A stretch of 64,000 nucleotides of DNA from Smithellaceae bacterium. Lineage in GTDB: Bacteria; Desulfobacterota; Syntrophia; Syntrophales; Smithellaceae. Below the pieces are notes generated by a model that searched no databases, was not told where the DNA came from, and worked only from the letters and a program-made list of their open reading frames with translations. This document shows positions 48,519 through 58,249 of this stretch, in pieces (the first letter of the stretch is position 1; each line of letters opens with the position of its first letter). The translations under genes and the position numbers were made by a program. The DNA lies in NCBI GenBank assembly GCA_963667845.2, contig CAXXVL010000002.1, positions 2,496,001 through 2,560,000 of the forward strand, written 5' to 3'.

Positions 48519-51107
48519 CTACGCTTTGTCCTCCAGTAAATCAATATGCCCTTTTTGCGTGAAGATTTTCAAAATTTCAAACCAGATGATGCTCACGATT
48601 CCGGCAATGAGCGCCAGGCAGAAATCAATGGCATGCATAGGGGCAAAGTGGAATATCCGTTGCAGGAAGGGCACAAAAATGACCAGCGCCAGGAAGACGA
48701 GCGCTCCCCCCAAAACCCACGCCAGTGCCGGGTTAGGCGATTTGAACGACGAGAAGATCGTTCGCGACCAGCTCCGGTTGGTCAGGATAAGGCACAGGTT
48801 GGAGATGATCAACGTGACAAAAGCAATAGCCCGCGCTTCATCCGACGGCTGCCCCAGATAGAGGGCGGCCTGGTACACCAGGGCGACCACGATCAGGGCC
48901 ACAATCCCCTGGGCAAAGCTTATGGCCAGGGTGCGTTTGCCGAACAGGCGTTCTCCGGGATCGCGGGGCTTGCGCTGCATGATCCCGGCTTCTTCCGCTT
49001 CGGACTCGAAGACCACGGAGCACGCCGGATCGATGATCAACTCCAGAAACACGATGTGTATGGGCAGGAGGACCATCTCTTTCCACCCCAGAAAGACGGG
49101 AAGCAGTGACATCCCGGCGATCGGAATATGGACGCTGACGATATAGGCCATGGCTTTTTTGAGGTTGTCGAAGATCTTGCGCCCCATTCTGACTGCGGCG
49201 ACAATAGAAGAGAAATCATCATTGAGGAGCACCAGGTCGGATGCCTCGCGGGCGACATCCGTCCCGCGCTCGCCCATGGCGACGCCGATATGCGCGGATT
49301 TCAGGGCAGGGGCGTCGTTCACGCCGTCACCGGTCATGGCGACGATCTCGCCTGCCGCCTTGAGCGCATTGACCAGAATCAGTTTCTGCTCGGGCACCAC
49401 GCGCGCGAAGACGTTGACTTCTTTTACCCGCTTTCGCAGGGTAACGGCATCCATCTGCTCCAATTCTTTACCCGTGATGACCTTCTCCGGGTTCTTAAGG
49501 CCGATCTGCCGGGCAATCGTTTGAGCCGTAATGGGGTAATCACCCGTAATCATCACCACCTTGATGCCTGCGGAATAACACATGCGAATGGCGTCCGGAA
49601 CGGCAGGCCGAATGGGGTCCTCAAGGCCGATGAGGCCGATGAATTGAAACGTAAAATCGTGCTGGAGGGAAGGCAGTGAATTTGTCTCCTGGAAGTACGC
49701 TTTGGCCACACCCAGCACGCGCAGTCCTTGTCCGGCCATATGCTCGATCTTCCCGGCCAGCGCTTTCCTATGGGTTTCATCGAGGTGGCATAAATCAATG
49801 ATGGCTTCAGGCGCCCCTTTGGCCGAGATGACGAAATCTTTTCCATCGGGTGATTTCCAGACGTGCGACAAGGCCAAAAGCTCCTGCGAGAGCGGATATT
49901 CATGAACAAGGCTCCAGTTGTCGTGAAGGTGCTCTGTCCGGGAGAGTTTATCCACCCCCAATTTCAGCAGGGCCTTTTCCATGGGATCAAAAGGATCTTT
50001 CTTGCTGGCCAGGATACCGAATTCGACGAGCTCATGAAATGCTTCAGGCAACGGGATCGGATTCTCTTCGCGGATCGTATGGAATTCATCGCCGGCCGAG
50101 AGCATGCGGATGGCCATGAGGTTCTGCGTCAGCGTGCCGGTCTTGTCCGTACAGAGCACAGTGGCAGCTCCCAGGGTTTCCACGGCCGCCATCTTGCGCG
50201 TCAACACCTGTTTCTGCGATATCCTCCAGGCTCCCAGAGCAAGGAAGATGGTCAGCACAACGGGGAACTCTTCCGGCAGCATGGCCATCGCCAGCGTGAT
50301 GCCGGAGAGAACTCCGTCCATCCAGCTTCCCCGCGTGAGCCCGTAGACCAATACCACGCAAGCGAAGAGAACCAGGGCAATGAGAAAGACCGCCTTGACA
50401 ATGCGCCCCGTCTCCTTTTGCAGGAGCGTATCCTCCTGCACCACGGACGAAAGCGCTTTGCCGATATTGCCGATTTCAGTGTGGGCGCCAGCGGCCTTGA
50501 TGCAGGCGATACCCTGGCCCTGCACGACCATGGTGCCGGAGTACACGCATGGGATGTCTTCACCGCCCGGCTTCTCCATCTTCATGCAGTCCGGGTCACC
50601 CACGGCTGCGGTTTTGCGCACAGCGATCGATTCACCGGTCAGCAGCGATTCATCCACCGTCAGATTCCGGGCCCAGACCACCACGCCGTCGGCCGGGATG
50701 CGATCGCCTTCGGACAGACAGACCATGTCGCCTGTGACGACCTCGCGGCCCGGGATGCGGATACGCTCTCCGTCGCGGATGACCAGGGCGCGCGGACTGG
50801 AGAGATCGCGCAGGGCGTCCAAGGCCTTCTCGGTCTTGCCTTCCTGGTAGATGGTGATTCCCATCATGATAAACACGAAGCCCAGCAAGAGCAGGGCATC
50901 CCTGGGTTCGCCGAGGAAAAGATAGATGCCGCCGCAGGCCACGAGCAGGAGAAACATGGGTTCCTTCACCACTTCCAAAGCGATGGCGAGGATATTGCGC
51001 TGCTTGGACGATGGCAGTTCGTTGTAGCCCTCACTCTTTAACTTATCCGCGACCTGGGTGCGGGAAAGTCCTTTGATCTGTTTTGCCTGTTCTTCGGTCA
51101 GCGCCAT
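48519..51107 (-). CDS. Cation-transporting P-type ATPase (P2-like)
   Basis: TGES, LPEEFP, DKTGTLT, KGAPE, TGDGVND. Confidence 0.95.
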   Translation of the reverse strand: MALTEEQAKQIKGLSRTQVADKLKSEGYNELPSSKQRNILAIALEVVKEPMFLLLVACGGIYLFLGEPRDALLLLGFVFIMMGITIYQEGKTEKALDALRDLSSPRALVIRDGERIRIPGREVVTGDMVCLSEGDRIPADGVVVWARNLTVDESLLTGESIAVRKTAAVGDPDCMKMEKPGGEDIPCVYSGTMVVQGQGIACIKAAGAHTEIGNIGKALSSVVQEDTLLQKETGRIVKAVFLIALVLFACVVLVYGLTRGSWMDGVLSGITLAMAMLPEEFPVVLTIFLALGAWRISQKQVLTRKMAAVETLGAATVLCTDKTGTLTQNLMAIRMLSAGDEFHTIREENPIPLPEAFHELVEFGILASKKDPFDPMEKALLKLGVDKLSRTEHLHDNWSLVHEYPLSQELLALSHVWKSPDGKDFVISAKGAPEAIIDLCHLDETHRKALAGKIEHMAGQGLRVLGVAKAYFQETNSLPSLQHDFTFQFIGLIGLEDPIRPAVPDAIRMCYSAGIKVVMITGDYPITAQTIARQIGLKNPEKVITGKELEQMDAVTLRKRVKEVNVFARVVPEQKLILVNALKAAGEIVAMTGDGVNDAPALKSAHIGVAMGERGTDVAREASDLVLLNDDFSSIVAAVRMGRKIFDNLKKAMAYIVSVHIPIAGMSLLPVFLGWKEMVLLPIHIVFLELIIDPACSVVFESEAEEAGIMQRKPRDPGERLFGKRTLAISFAQGIVALIVVALVYQAALYLGQPSDEARAIAFVTLIISNLCLILTNRSWSRTIFSSFKSPNPALAWVLGGALVFLALVIFVPFLQRIFHFAPMHAIDFCLALIAGIVSIIWFEILKIFTQKGHIDLLEDKA

Positions 51108-51227
51108 ATGTCCTCCTGTTTAATCAACACCACTCGTCACCCGGAAAAGAGGCGAGTGGTTTCTAAAACTCTTCATTTCAGTCTCAAGTCATCATGCGTC
51201 ATTATAAAGCATAACGCGAGTTTTCTA

Positions 51228-51623
51228 TTAGCCCAATATTATCCCAATAATCTTATTGATGATGGACTGGGCGTCCGGAATTTTGCCCAGAGTTATGATT
51301 CCGAAGGGAGCGGCTGTCTCGGCTGAGGAGACGACGCCCTGGCCTTTCAGAATCTCGACTTTGAGTTGTCCCTCGGTATCTGTTTTGCGGATCACACAGG
51401 CCGCGGCGATGCCCTTGCCTTTATATTCCATGGGGACAACTCCCTTCACGGAAATCGGCTTGGGCAGAGCCCCGGTCCCGGCAATCGTGTAATGGCCGCT
51501 GAAGGCAAGCTGACTGGAACCGGTGACTTTGATCGTATAGTCCGCTTCGACACCTTTCAGTCCGTCACTGCATCCAAATAAAAACATAATCCCCAGGAAA
51601 AGATAGAGAATCGTTCGTCTCAT
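51228..51623 (-). CDS. Lipoprotein of unknown function
   Basis: LFGC lipobox; GGGAGG RBS. Confidence 0.78.
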   Translation of the reverse strand: MRRTILYLFLGIMFLFGCSDGLKGVEADYTIKVTGSSQLAFSGHYTIAGTGALPKPISVKGVVPMEYKGKGIAAACVIRKTDTEGQLKVEILKGQGVVSSAETAAPFGIITLGKIPDAQSIINKIIGIILG

Positions 51624-51625
51624 GA

Positions 51626-51910
51626 TTATTTCCTCCCTTTAATCGAATAATTCCTGGAGAAATCCTTTTTTCCTTTTATGATGCCGTGATCATCGTAATG
51701 TTTATCGTGGTGTTTATCGTAATGCTGGTCGTGGCGGTCGTCAGGACGCTCCGTATTCGGCCGGGAGGTAATTTCCAACGTGGCTCGTTCGATGATCTTA
51801 TCGAGCTCACCCCGGTCCAGCCATACACCGCGGCATTTTGAACAATAATCAATTTCGACGCCCTGGCGCTCGGCCATGGTCAGTGGGATGTTACAAATCG
51901 GGCAATTCAT
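51626..51910 (-). CDS. zf-TFIIB domain protein, C-terminus frameshifted
   Basis: CPIC...ERQGVEIDYCSKCRGVWLDRGELDKII; KRKKGFLQELFD* lies in another frame. Confidence 0.85.
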   Translation of the reverse strand: MNCPICNIPLTMAERQGVEIDYCSKCRGVWLDRGELDKIIERATLEITSRPNTERPDDRHDQHYDKHHDKHYDDHGIIKGKKDFSRNYSIKGRK

Positions 51911-51927
51911 GTTTATTCTCCTTCTTT

Positions 51928-51986
51928 AATCCCGCTATTGCGGGACGAGCGTTAATTCTGCGCAGCTTGCTGCGAGGTGGTTGATT
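51928..51986 (+). repeat. Dispersed structured repeat, copy 4 (59 bp, internally deleted)
   Basis: Both ends intact; left and right halves joined at CAGCTTGCTGCGA. Confidence 0.9.
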
Positions 51987-52083
51987 TAAAGTGTTGAGTG
52001 ATTCTACATTACACGCCTCCCGGACAATGGATGATCAGGTTCAACTCGCATAACGGCAATAATATTTCAGAGTTTGTACGGAA

Positions 52084-52401
52084 TTAGAAAGAGAACGGCG
52101 GCGCTTTATTGCGATAAATTCTAACGATGTGTGAATCAATGAAGGCGGTCTTTCGATCAGGCACAATGCCGGATAGACCGAGGATGATCGCAGTCAACGA
52201 AAGGAGAAGAGCTGCAACGGCCGGGGCGGTGTCAATTTTTGTTTTGCTGAACGTCCCGGAAAGAGATGTTTTAACTTTGCAGATGGAACAGGCGGGCCGG
52301 AAGATCGTATTGTCATGATGATGAAAAGACAAGGCCACGACGCCAAGAAAGAAACCGAGGAGCGAAAGAAAAATAACCGTTGTGATGCGAGTGTGCTGCA
52401 T
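52084..52401 (-). CDS. DUF2946-like protein (possible metal-responsive leader)
   Basis: Hydrophobic N-terminus, FHHHD, CSIC, C-terminal NKAPP; start at MQHTR. Confidence 0.68.
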   Translation of the reverse strand: MQHTRITTVIFLSLLGFFLGVVALSFHHHDNTIFRPACSICKVKTSLSGTFSKTKIDTAPAVAALLLSLTAIILGLSGIVPDRKTAFIDSHIVRIYRNKAPPFSF

Positions 52402-52555
52402 GAGTGCATTGCGCCTTTTTACGAATACGGGCTTCCCTAGCACTTGTCCCGAAGGAATGTCAAGGAGGATATTAAGATGTTGACGATGGACAGACTCCGT
52501 CCGCTTGGTCATGATACTCCCTGCATTTCGCGAGCTTTGGGAGTGTCGTCTGGGC

Positions 52556-53158
52556 TTAAACATATCGACGAACCTGCGTCATATATTCACAGTAGCTGGC
52601 GCCGTACTTTTTGCTCAAAAATGCTTCTTCCTGACGAATCTGGACATGAAAGCCGAAAGCCATAGATACAAAGGACAAAAGGAAAAAAACGTTACTGAAG
52701 ACGAAACATGTACCTAAAAAATAGAGGTTCATGGACAGGAATATCGGGTTTCTGGAAACAGAAAAAACGCCCGTCGTGATCAATCCGCCGGGTGAAACCG
52801 TATCAATGCCCACGCGCCACGAAGATTTGAAAGAGATCAGGGCAAGACTGAAAACAAGAAGGCTCATCAATATGAGCGCCGCGCCGGCAAAGCCGAGGGC
52901 CTGATTCTTAAACAAAGGGTTAACCAGTGACTCAGGCAGGAACTGAAGATTGAGGTGCAGCGAATGAATTGCGATCTCCAGCAGCCACAGAGGGAAGAAT
53001 ATCAGGAAACTTTTTTCCAGAAGAGCAGAGACGCCTTTTTTCCCGCTGCCCAGCCGGAAGACGACCGTTTTTTTTCGCGCAAGCGAGATGGATCGTCCAA
53101 AAAATATTGAAAGAAAAATGATCAGCGTGATGATTTGAAAATAATCAAAATAGGACAT
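52556..53158 (-). CDS. Isoprenylcysteine carboxyl methyltransferase (ICMT/PEMT) family protein
   Basis: LITTGVF.VSRNPIF, EEAFL..KYG..Y..Y...VRRY. Confidence 0.88.
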   Translation of the reverse strand: MSYFDYFQIITLIIFLSIFFGRSISLARKKTVVFRLGSGKKGVSALLEKSFLIFFPLWLLEIAIHSLHLNLQFLPESLVNPLFKNQALGFAGAALILMSLLVFSLALISFKSSWRVGIDTVSPGGLITTGVFSVSRNPIFLSMNLYFLGTCFVFSNVFFLLSFVSMAFGFHVQIRQEEAFLSKKYGASYCEYMTQVRRYV

Positions 53159-53174
53159 AAGTCCTCCTGTTATT

Positions 53175-53194
53175 TAGTTAGTATAAACTAACTA
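53175..53194. promoter_or_regulatory. Putative MarR operator 2
   Basis: Near-perfect palindrome TAGTTAGTATAAACTAACTA. Confidence 0.75.
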
Positions 53195-53208
53195 TGAGAG
53201 CAAAAAAA

Positions 53209-53628
53209 TTACACCTTGGAAACCACTTTATTTAACAGCGCCACCAGCGCCTTGAGATCCTTTTCGTTCAGGTTGCCTTGAAACAGGTCGGCAATTTTTT
53301 GATGGGTTTCGTCATGCAATTCGACGAGTTTTTTCCCCTTGGCGCTGAGATGAACATGAAAAGAGCGTCGATCCTCATCCGATTGACACTTCTGAATGTA
53401 ACCTTTGGCGGCAAGTTTTTCGACGATCGCCGTGACCGACGGCTTGCTTAGCTTCAAGGCTTTGGCAATTTCTCCCAGATTGGGATTGCCGAGTGTGTTG
53501 ATGATGTCGATATACTCAATCTGACGAATCGTGAAACCTTCGGCGGTGTATTGCTGCACAAACTGCATTTCCCAATCACCAATCAGCTTAGTGAGCAGTT
53601 CGATCAATTCTACCAGCGTATACGCCAT
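53209..53628 (-). CDS. MarR family regulator
   Basis: LSKPSVT.IVEKL..KGYI, DRRS..V.LSAKG. Confidence 0.92.
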   Translation of the reverse strand: MAYTLVELIELLTKLIGDWEMQFVQQYTAEGFTIRQIEYIDIINTLGNPNLGEIAKALKLSKPSVTAIVEKLAAKGYIQKCQSDEDRRSFHVHLSAKGKKLVELHDETHQKIADLFQGNLNEKDLKALVALLNKVVSKV

Positions 53629-53644
53629 AATGCCTCTCGTTACT

Positions 53645-53664
53645 TAGTTAGTGTAAACTAAATA
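53645..53664. promoter_or_regulatory. Putative MarR operator 1
   Basis: TAGTTAGTGTAAACTAAATA, 18/20 identical to operator 2; minus-strand TTGACA at 53682-53687. Confidence 0.75.
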
Positions 53665-53764
53665 TATAAGAAGCGTTATTTTGTCAATACTTTTTTTCGT
53701 CGAGAGCAAAAAAAGAAGTGAACGTATATCGCCCTGGCCCATCCGCCGCGAGATCGCGAAGATA

Positions 53765-53862
53765 AATCGACCACCTCGCGGCAAGCCGTCGAGGTATGAA
53801 ATGAACGCATTGTTACGCAGCAAGCCGCGCAGAATTAACGCTCGTCACGCGTGAGCGGGATT
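53765..53862 (-). repeat. Dispersed structured repeat, copy 5 (inverted)
   Basis: Plus strand reads AATCGACCACCTCG...GCGGGATT, the reverse complement of the consensus. Confidence 0.92.
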
Positions 53863-53955
53863 AAAGAAAAATATTGATGTCCATTTCGGGCCGGAGCATG
53901 TAAAAAGGGGAGGGAGAATAATCATGAGACATTTTGACGCAAAGATGATGAAACC

Positions 53956-55005
53956 ATGAAACCGGAGCAAATTGCAGAAATCCTTATTATCGCCTCGAGA
54001 GCCTTTGATGCCGCAATGCGCAGGCTCAATCCGATCGCCCTCGCTGAAATCAGAAAGAGCCTGCTTGTTCACCTTGACCCGCTCCAGGAGGCACGGCGCT
54101 TTATGAGCGATGACGGATTAGACGGCGGGGATCAGAAAGTGCGGGCCGGACTCTTGCTCGCCTGCGATTTCCTGCAACACGCCATCCGGAATTTTGCCGA
54201 TGAAGAAGATCTTCAGGCCGCTTACATCTCGGCTCTGCGGGCGGCGCGTAAACACTGCCGAGCGCTTTCGGCGCTCTATCCCCTGTGCGGCACATTTCCG
54301 GAAGTGGACCGGTACTTCCTGGAACCGGGAGTGGACGCCCCCCTGCCTCCTCCGGACAAATCGTATGAAGGTGAAACCGGCATGACCCATGTCGGCTTAT
54401 CCGGGCATCCACATGAACGGGGAGGTTATTCCCTCTACATTCCGGAAAACTATACGCCGGATCATACCTGGCCGTTGGTGGTGGCCCTGCACGGCGGATA
54501 CAGCCACGGGCGGGATTTTGTCTGGACGTGGCTTGCCGAGGCCCGGAGCCGCGGCTTTGTCGTTTTCGCTCCGACGTCGCAGGCCATGACCTGGTCGATT
54601 GCCAATGTTGATTTCGATGGAGAACTCTTAAGCCGTCATTTGGAGCAGCTCTGCTCGCGTGTCCATATTGACCGGTCCCGCATTCTTCTCACCGGGATGT
54701 CCGATGGCGGAACGTTTGCCCTTGCCCTGGGATTATCCGGGAGTTGTGCTTATCCGGCCATTGCCCCGGTGTCCTCTGCGCTTCCCCCCGTGGATTTGCA
54801 CTGCGTGAAAGGAAAACGCATTTTGTGGGTGCATGGAGCACAGGACTGGATCTTCCCTGCAAAAAGAACGGTTCAGTCCTGCCGGTATCTTCTGCAAGCG
54901 GGAGCGGACATTAAACTGGAAATGATCGAGGATCTCTCGCATGCCTATCCGCGCGAAGCCAACGCTGTCATTCTGGATTGGTTCGGAATCAGCCCTATCC
55001 GGTAG
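53956..55005 (+). CDS. Phospholipase/carboxylesterase-like alpha/beta hydrolase with helical N-terminal extension
   Basis: PLVVALHGG, GMSDGG, HGAQDW, LSHAYP. Confidence 0.87.
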   Translation: MKPEQIAEILIIASRAFDAAMRRLNPIALAEIRKSLLVHLDPLQEARRFMSDDGLDGGDQKVRAGLLLACDFLQHAIRNFADEEDLQAAYISALRAARKHCRALSALYPLCGTFPEVDRYFLEPGVDAPLPPPDKSYEGETGMTHVGLSGHPHERGGYSLYIPENYTPDHTWPLVVALHGGYSHGRDFVWTWLAEARSRGFVVFAPTSQAMTWSIANVDFDGELLSRHLEQLCSRVHIDRSRILLTGMSDGGTFALALGLSGSCAYPAIAPVSSALPPVDLHCVKGKRILWVHGAQDWIFPAKRTVQSCRYLLQAGADIKLEMIEDLSHAYPREANAVILDWFGISPIR

Positions 55006-55035
55006 CGGGGACACAGGGGAAGAAAAGTCTTAAAA

Positions 55036-55257
55036 ATGAAGGCTTGTGATCACAAGACGATCCAGGATCTCAGTGTCAGCGAATACGTGCCACCGGAACA
55101 GCAGAAGATATCCTATAATATACCTCCCTATTACTGGTTTAAGGGGACTTCCCTCTATGGTCCGACATTCAGAATACCCGCACCCGCAGAAAAGATTCTG
55201 CTCTGGATGGATCCGAAATTAGATCGCTGCAAGGGAAAGAACGGATGGGGAGAGTGA
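55036..55257 (+). pseudogene. C-terminal remnant of an ABC substrate-binding protein
   Basis: ACDHKTIQ...EQ.KIS..IPPYYWF...MD.KLDRCKGK..WGE matches the end of 38199..39692. Confidence 0.88.
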
Positions 55258-55320
55258 ATAATAATCGCACATTAATTTAATTCTGTGCCGATGAACAAAT
55301 GATCCCTCTTATCGCTCAGG

Positions 55321-56673
55321 TGTTGAGTGCCAAGACATCGTGGACACTTTTTAGTGCCAGGACATCGAGGACACTCAAGGTTAATTAACGCAATTTGTAT
55401 TTAAATTCCTCGACCTGGATTTTATCCAGGAAGATTTTTAACTTTTGCTCTTTGACATTAATCGTAGCTATTACATACTCATATTTTAGCTCCGGCGGTA
55501 CGGGGAAAGTCTCGCCAAAAACGTCTAGTTTAAAGTCGCTATGGATGAGACGTACCACATGATACCTGCCTGTTTCCGGTTTCTTTAAAGGGTGCCTTGG
55601 CGCGTCAGATTCTTTCGGGAAACGAAGTTCGCTTTGGCGTCAGCCAAGGTTTGCACTGGCGTTCTACCTTTGAGCTTACTAAAGCGATATTTGTTGTTGT
55701 GGCGCTGCTCAAAGGCCATAGAACCCGCATGGAGCTCTTCTTCCGAGGTCATGATGCTCTTTTGAAGAAACATCTTCTGGTAGCGGTCATTAAATTTTTC
55801 AATCATACCGTTTCGCCAAGGCTCGGCCATCGGGATAAACCAGGGTTCAATACCATGATGCAGGCACAACCGGATAAGAGGCCCCATGCCACGGGGATGT
55901 CTCCGACTGCCAAAGAAGCTCATGGCATTATCAATCTGTAAATTGTTTGGTATTCCCAGGCGCTTCCAGATGGTCCAAAAGCCGTCAATCATGGGTTGAC
56001 TGGATTTGGACGGGGCAGGATATAAACCGCAGCGAACCGTTGCCGTATCGATTACATTGAGGCTATAGAACCGCACAGGACCTTTCAGATAGCATGGTCC
56101 TACCAGATCGGCCTGATGTGTCTGGTTTACCCGCACAGACGGCAGAGCTGGATAGGCGGTACCCTTCGCTTCGTATTTGCCTGTTCGCCGGTGCGTCAGG
56201 CTATGCCGGCTCAGTATCCGATTAATGGTTCTGATAGAAGGTAAAGGTATTATCCCCATATCTTCCATCTCCCATTGAATGGCCTGTGCCCCGCAGAACA
56301 AGTCTTGATTGTAAAGGTTGAGGCGGATCAACTTAATGATCTCAACTATTTCTCCGGATATGATATTGGCAGTACCTTTGGGGCGACTGGATCGGCTTTC
56401 GCTCCATGACGCGTCCTGCTCGTTATAACGCGAAACCCATTTGTACAACCAGGATCTTGACTTATGAAGGGATGCACAGATGGCTTCAGGGCTTTCTCCG
56501 TTATTAAATCGCTCAACAGCCAGTATCCTTCGCTGTATATTGTTTTCTTTCATGAACACCTCCACTTTGCTTTAGATGTTCATGAAATTGCGTAATAGCT
56601 ATTCGATTGTCAAAGAACTTTGTCCACGATGTCTTGGCACAGATTTCTGTCCTCGATGTCCTGGCACTCAACA
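55321..56673 (-). mobile_element. IS481-family-like insertion sequence, 1353 bp
   Basis: TGT...ACA ends, 26-bp imperfect TIRs, 6-bp direct repeat CTCAGG at 55315-55320 and 56674-56679. Confidence 0.9.
55385..56553 (-). pseudogene. DDE (integrase-core) transposase with frameshift near 55630
   Basis: N-terminal HTH, HQAD, QIDN, NGMIEKFN; C-terminal LRFPKE...YKLR* continues in a shifted frame. Confidence 0.85.
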
Positions 56674-56905
56674 CTCAGGTAAAAGGGATCATTTATTTTT
56701 CCATTCTTTGCCCTGATAAGGACATTGCTATTTCTTGCGGATCGTTAGAACGCATATCCGCAAAGATCCCGGCCACTGTCTTTCAGAAAAAAGTCACTGT
56801 AAAAGAAAATTCATTTTTTTTAAACGGCAAATGACATTTTAAGAAGGCAGGTCCATAATTAACAATAGACCTTTTTCCAATTCTGGATGGCAGGCAGAAC
56901 GTAAA

Positions 56906-58036
56906 TCATAAGGGTTTGCCGAAAAGCAGCTTCAGCATGTTGACAATCATCTTTTTTCGGCCCGATCTTTCCGCGAGGATGCTCAGATACAGCATCTCCG
57001 TGTTCATCGGCGGTACGGTGAGTTTGTCTTTCCTGACCAGTCGGGCGGCTCGCGGTTTGCATGTTGTGACGCATAGACCGCAGCCGATGCACCGGTCCAA
57101 ATCCACGCGGAAGATTCTGTCGTCTTGAATCATCGCATCCATCTGACAGCGCTTCAAACACAAACCGCAGCCGGTGCAGGATGCCGGGTCGATCGCGGCA
57201 AAATAGTTTGTCGCGAAAAAACGGGCGGGCCTGGGCTCTTTCTTTGCAGTCGTCAAAACGCCGCAGCAACAGCCGCAGCAGATGCAGATACAGTCGGGTT
57301 TTTTCGAGTTTCCGGGTTGCAGGACCATTCCCTTTTTTTCAGCCATGTCCAGGAGGGCGAGGCACTCCTCTTTGGAGATCTGCCGGGCACGGCCGCGGGC
57401 CGCGTAGCCGGTTTCGCCGATGAGCACGCAGACTTCATAATTGTCGGTCTGTAGGCAGGGCTTGCCTATGAGGGCTTCTCCCTGCTTGCAGACGCAGTTA
57501 GTCACGGACAAAATCTCTGTGGTGTGCGTGATGAAATGCCGCATGTTGTCGTAGGTGTCGACAATGTAATCCGGTAAAATTGCCTTCAGGTGGGGACTGG
57601 TGCGCAGCTGGGGCAGGGACGACGCGAAGAATTCAGCGCCGAAAGCCTCATCGAAGTAGCGATGCATCATTTCCACGAGTTCCGGGGTGAGATCATCGAC
57701 GTGATATTCAAACATGCCGATTGCCAGCATGGCCACGCCGTAACGGGGCGACGGGGCAGCCTCCGACCGGCGGATGACGCCTTTCATAAACATGCCGTCG
57801 AGCAGCGCGGTCATTTCCTGACGGGAAAATTCAATCCTGAATTTGTTTTTGAGTCTTTTGCGGATGGCATCAACGCCTATCGACCGGAGTGAAAGACACA
57901 GAGCAATTGTGGCCTCGCGAGGCGTGAAGAAATACTTCAGGATATCAATCTCCACGCCGCTTTTCGTCGCGGGGTATCCGATCGGATAACGGTCTAATTG
58001 AACCTGAAGCTGTCTGTAAATTTGATCGTCTGCCAT
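56906..58036 (-). CDS. 4Fe-4S dicluster protein
   Basis: CVCK, ICICCGCCC, CTGCGLCLKRC, CIGCGLCVTTC. Confidence 0.9.
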   Translation of the reverse strand: MADDQIYRQLQVQLDRYPIGYPATKSGVEIDILKYFFTPREATIALCLSLRSIGVDAIRKRLKNKFRIEFSRQEMTALLDGMFMKGVIRRSEAAPSPRYGVAMLAIGMFEYHVDDLTPELVEMMHRYFDEAFGAEFFASSLPQLRTSPHLKAILPDYIVDTYDNMRHFITHTTEILSVTNCVCKQGEALIGKPCLQTDNYEVCVLIGETGYAARGRARQISKEECLALLDMAEKKGMVLQPGNSKKPDCICICCGCCCGVLTTAKKEPRPARFFATNYFAAIDPASCTGCGLCLKRCQMDAMIQDDRIFRVDLDRCIGCGLCVTTCKPRAARLVRKDKLTVPPMNTEMLYLSILAERSGRKKMIVNMLKLLFGKPL

Positions 58037-58249
58037 TCGTGATGATTCTCCCCGCGGCCGGATAAAATCCAATACCATTCATGATCGGCATTACGATTAT
58101 CGGAAAGCAAGCCGCTTGTCCATCGTCAATTTGATCTGCGTTTCAGTCATTGACGGCCGGAGGACGTGGGCGCGTAGGAAAATATGCAGGAAGGGTCCCG
58201 GCTGATCATGAGGCGCTGAGACAGGTCGTATCCGATCCGATCACGTGCA

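Noticed and set aside
51991..52000. GTGTTGAGTG matching the IS left end
   Set aside because: Only 10 bp, plausible by chance; internal repeats absent
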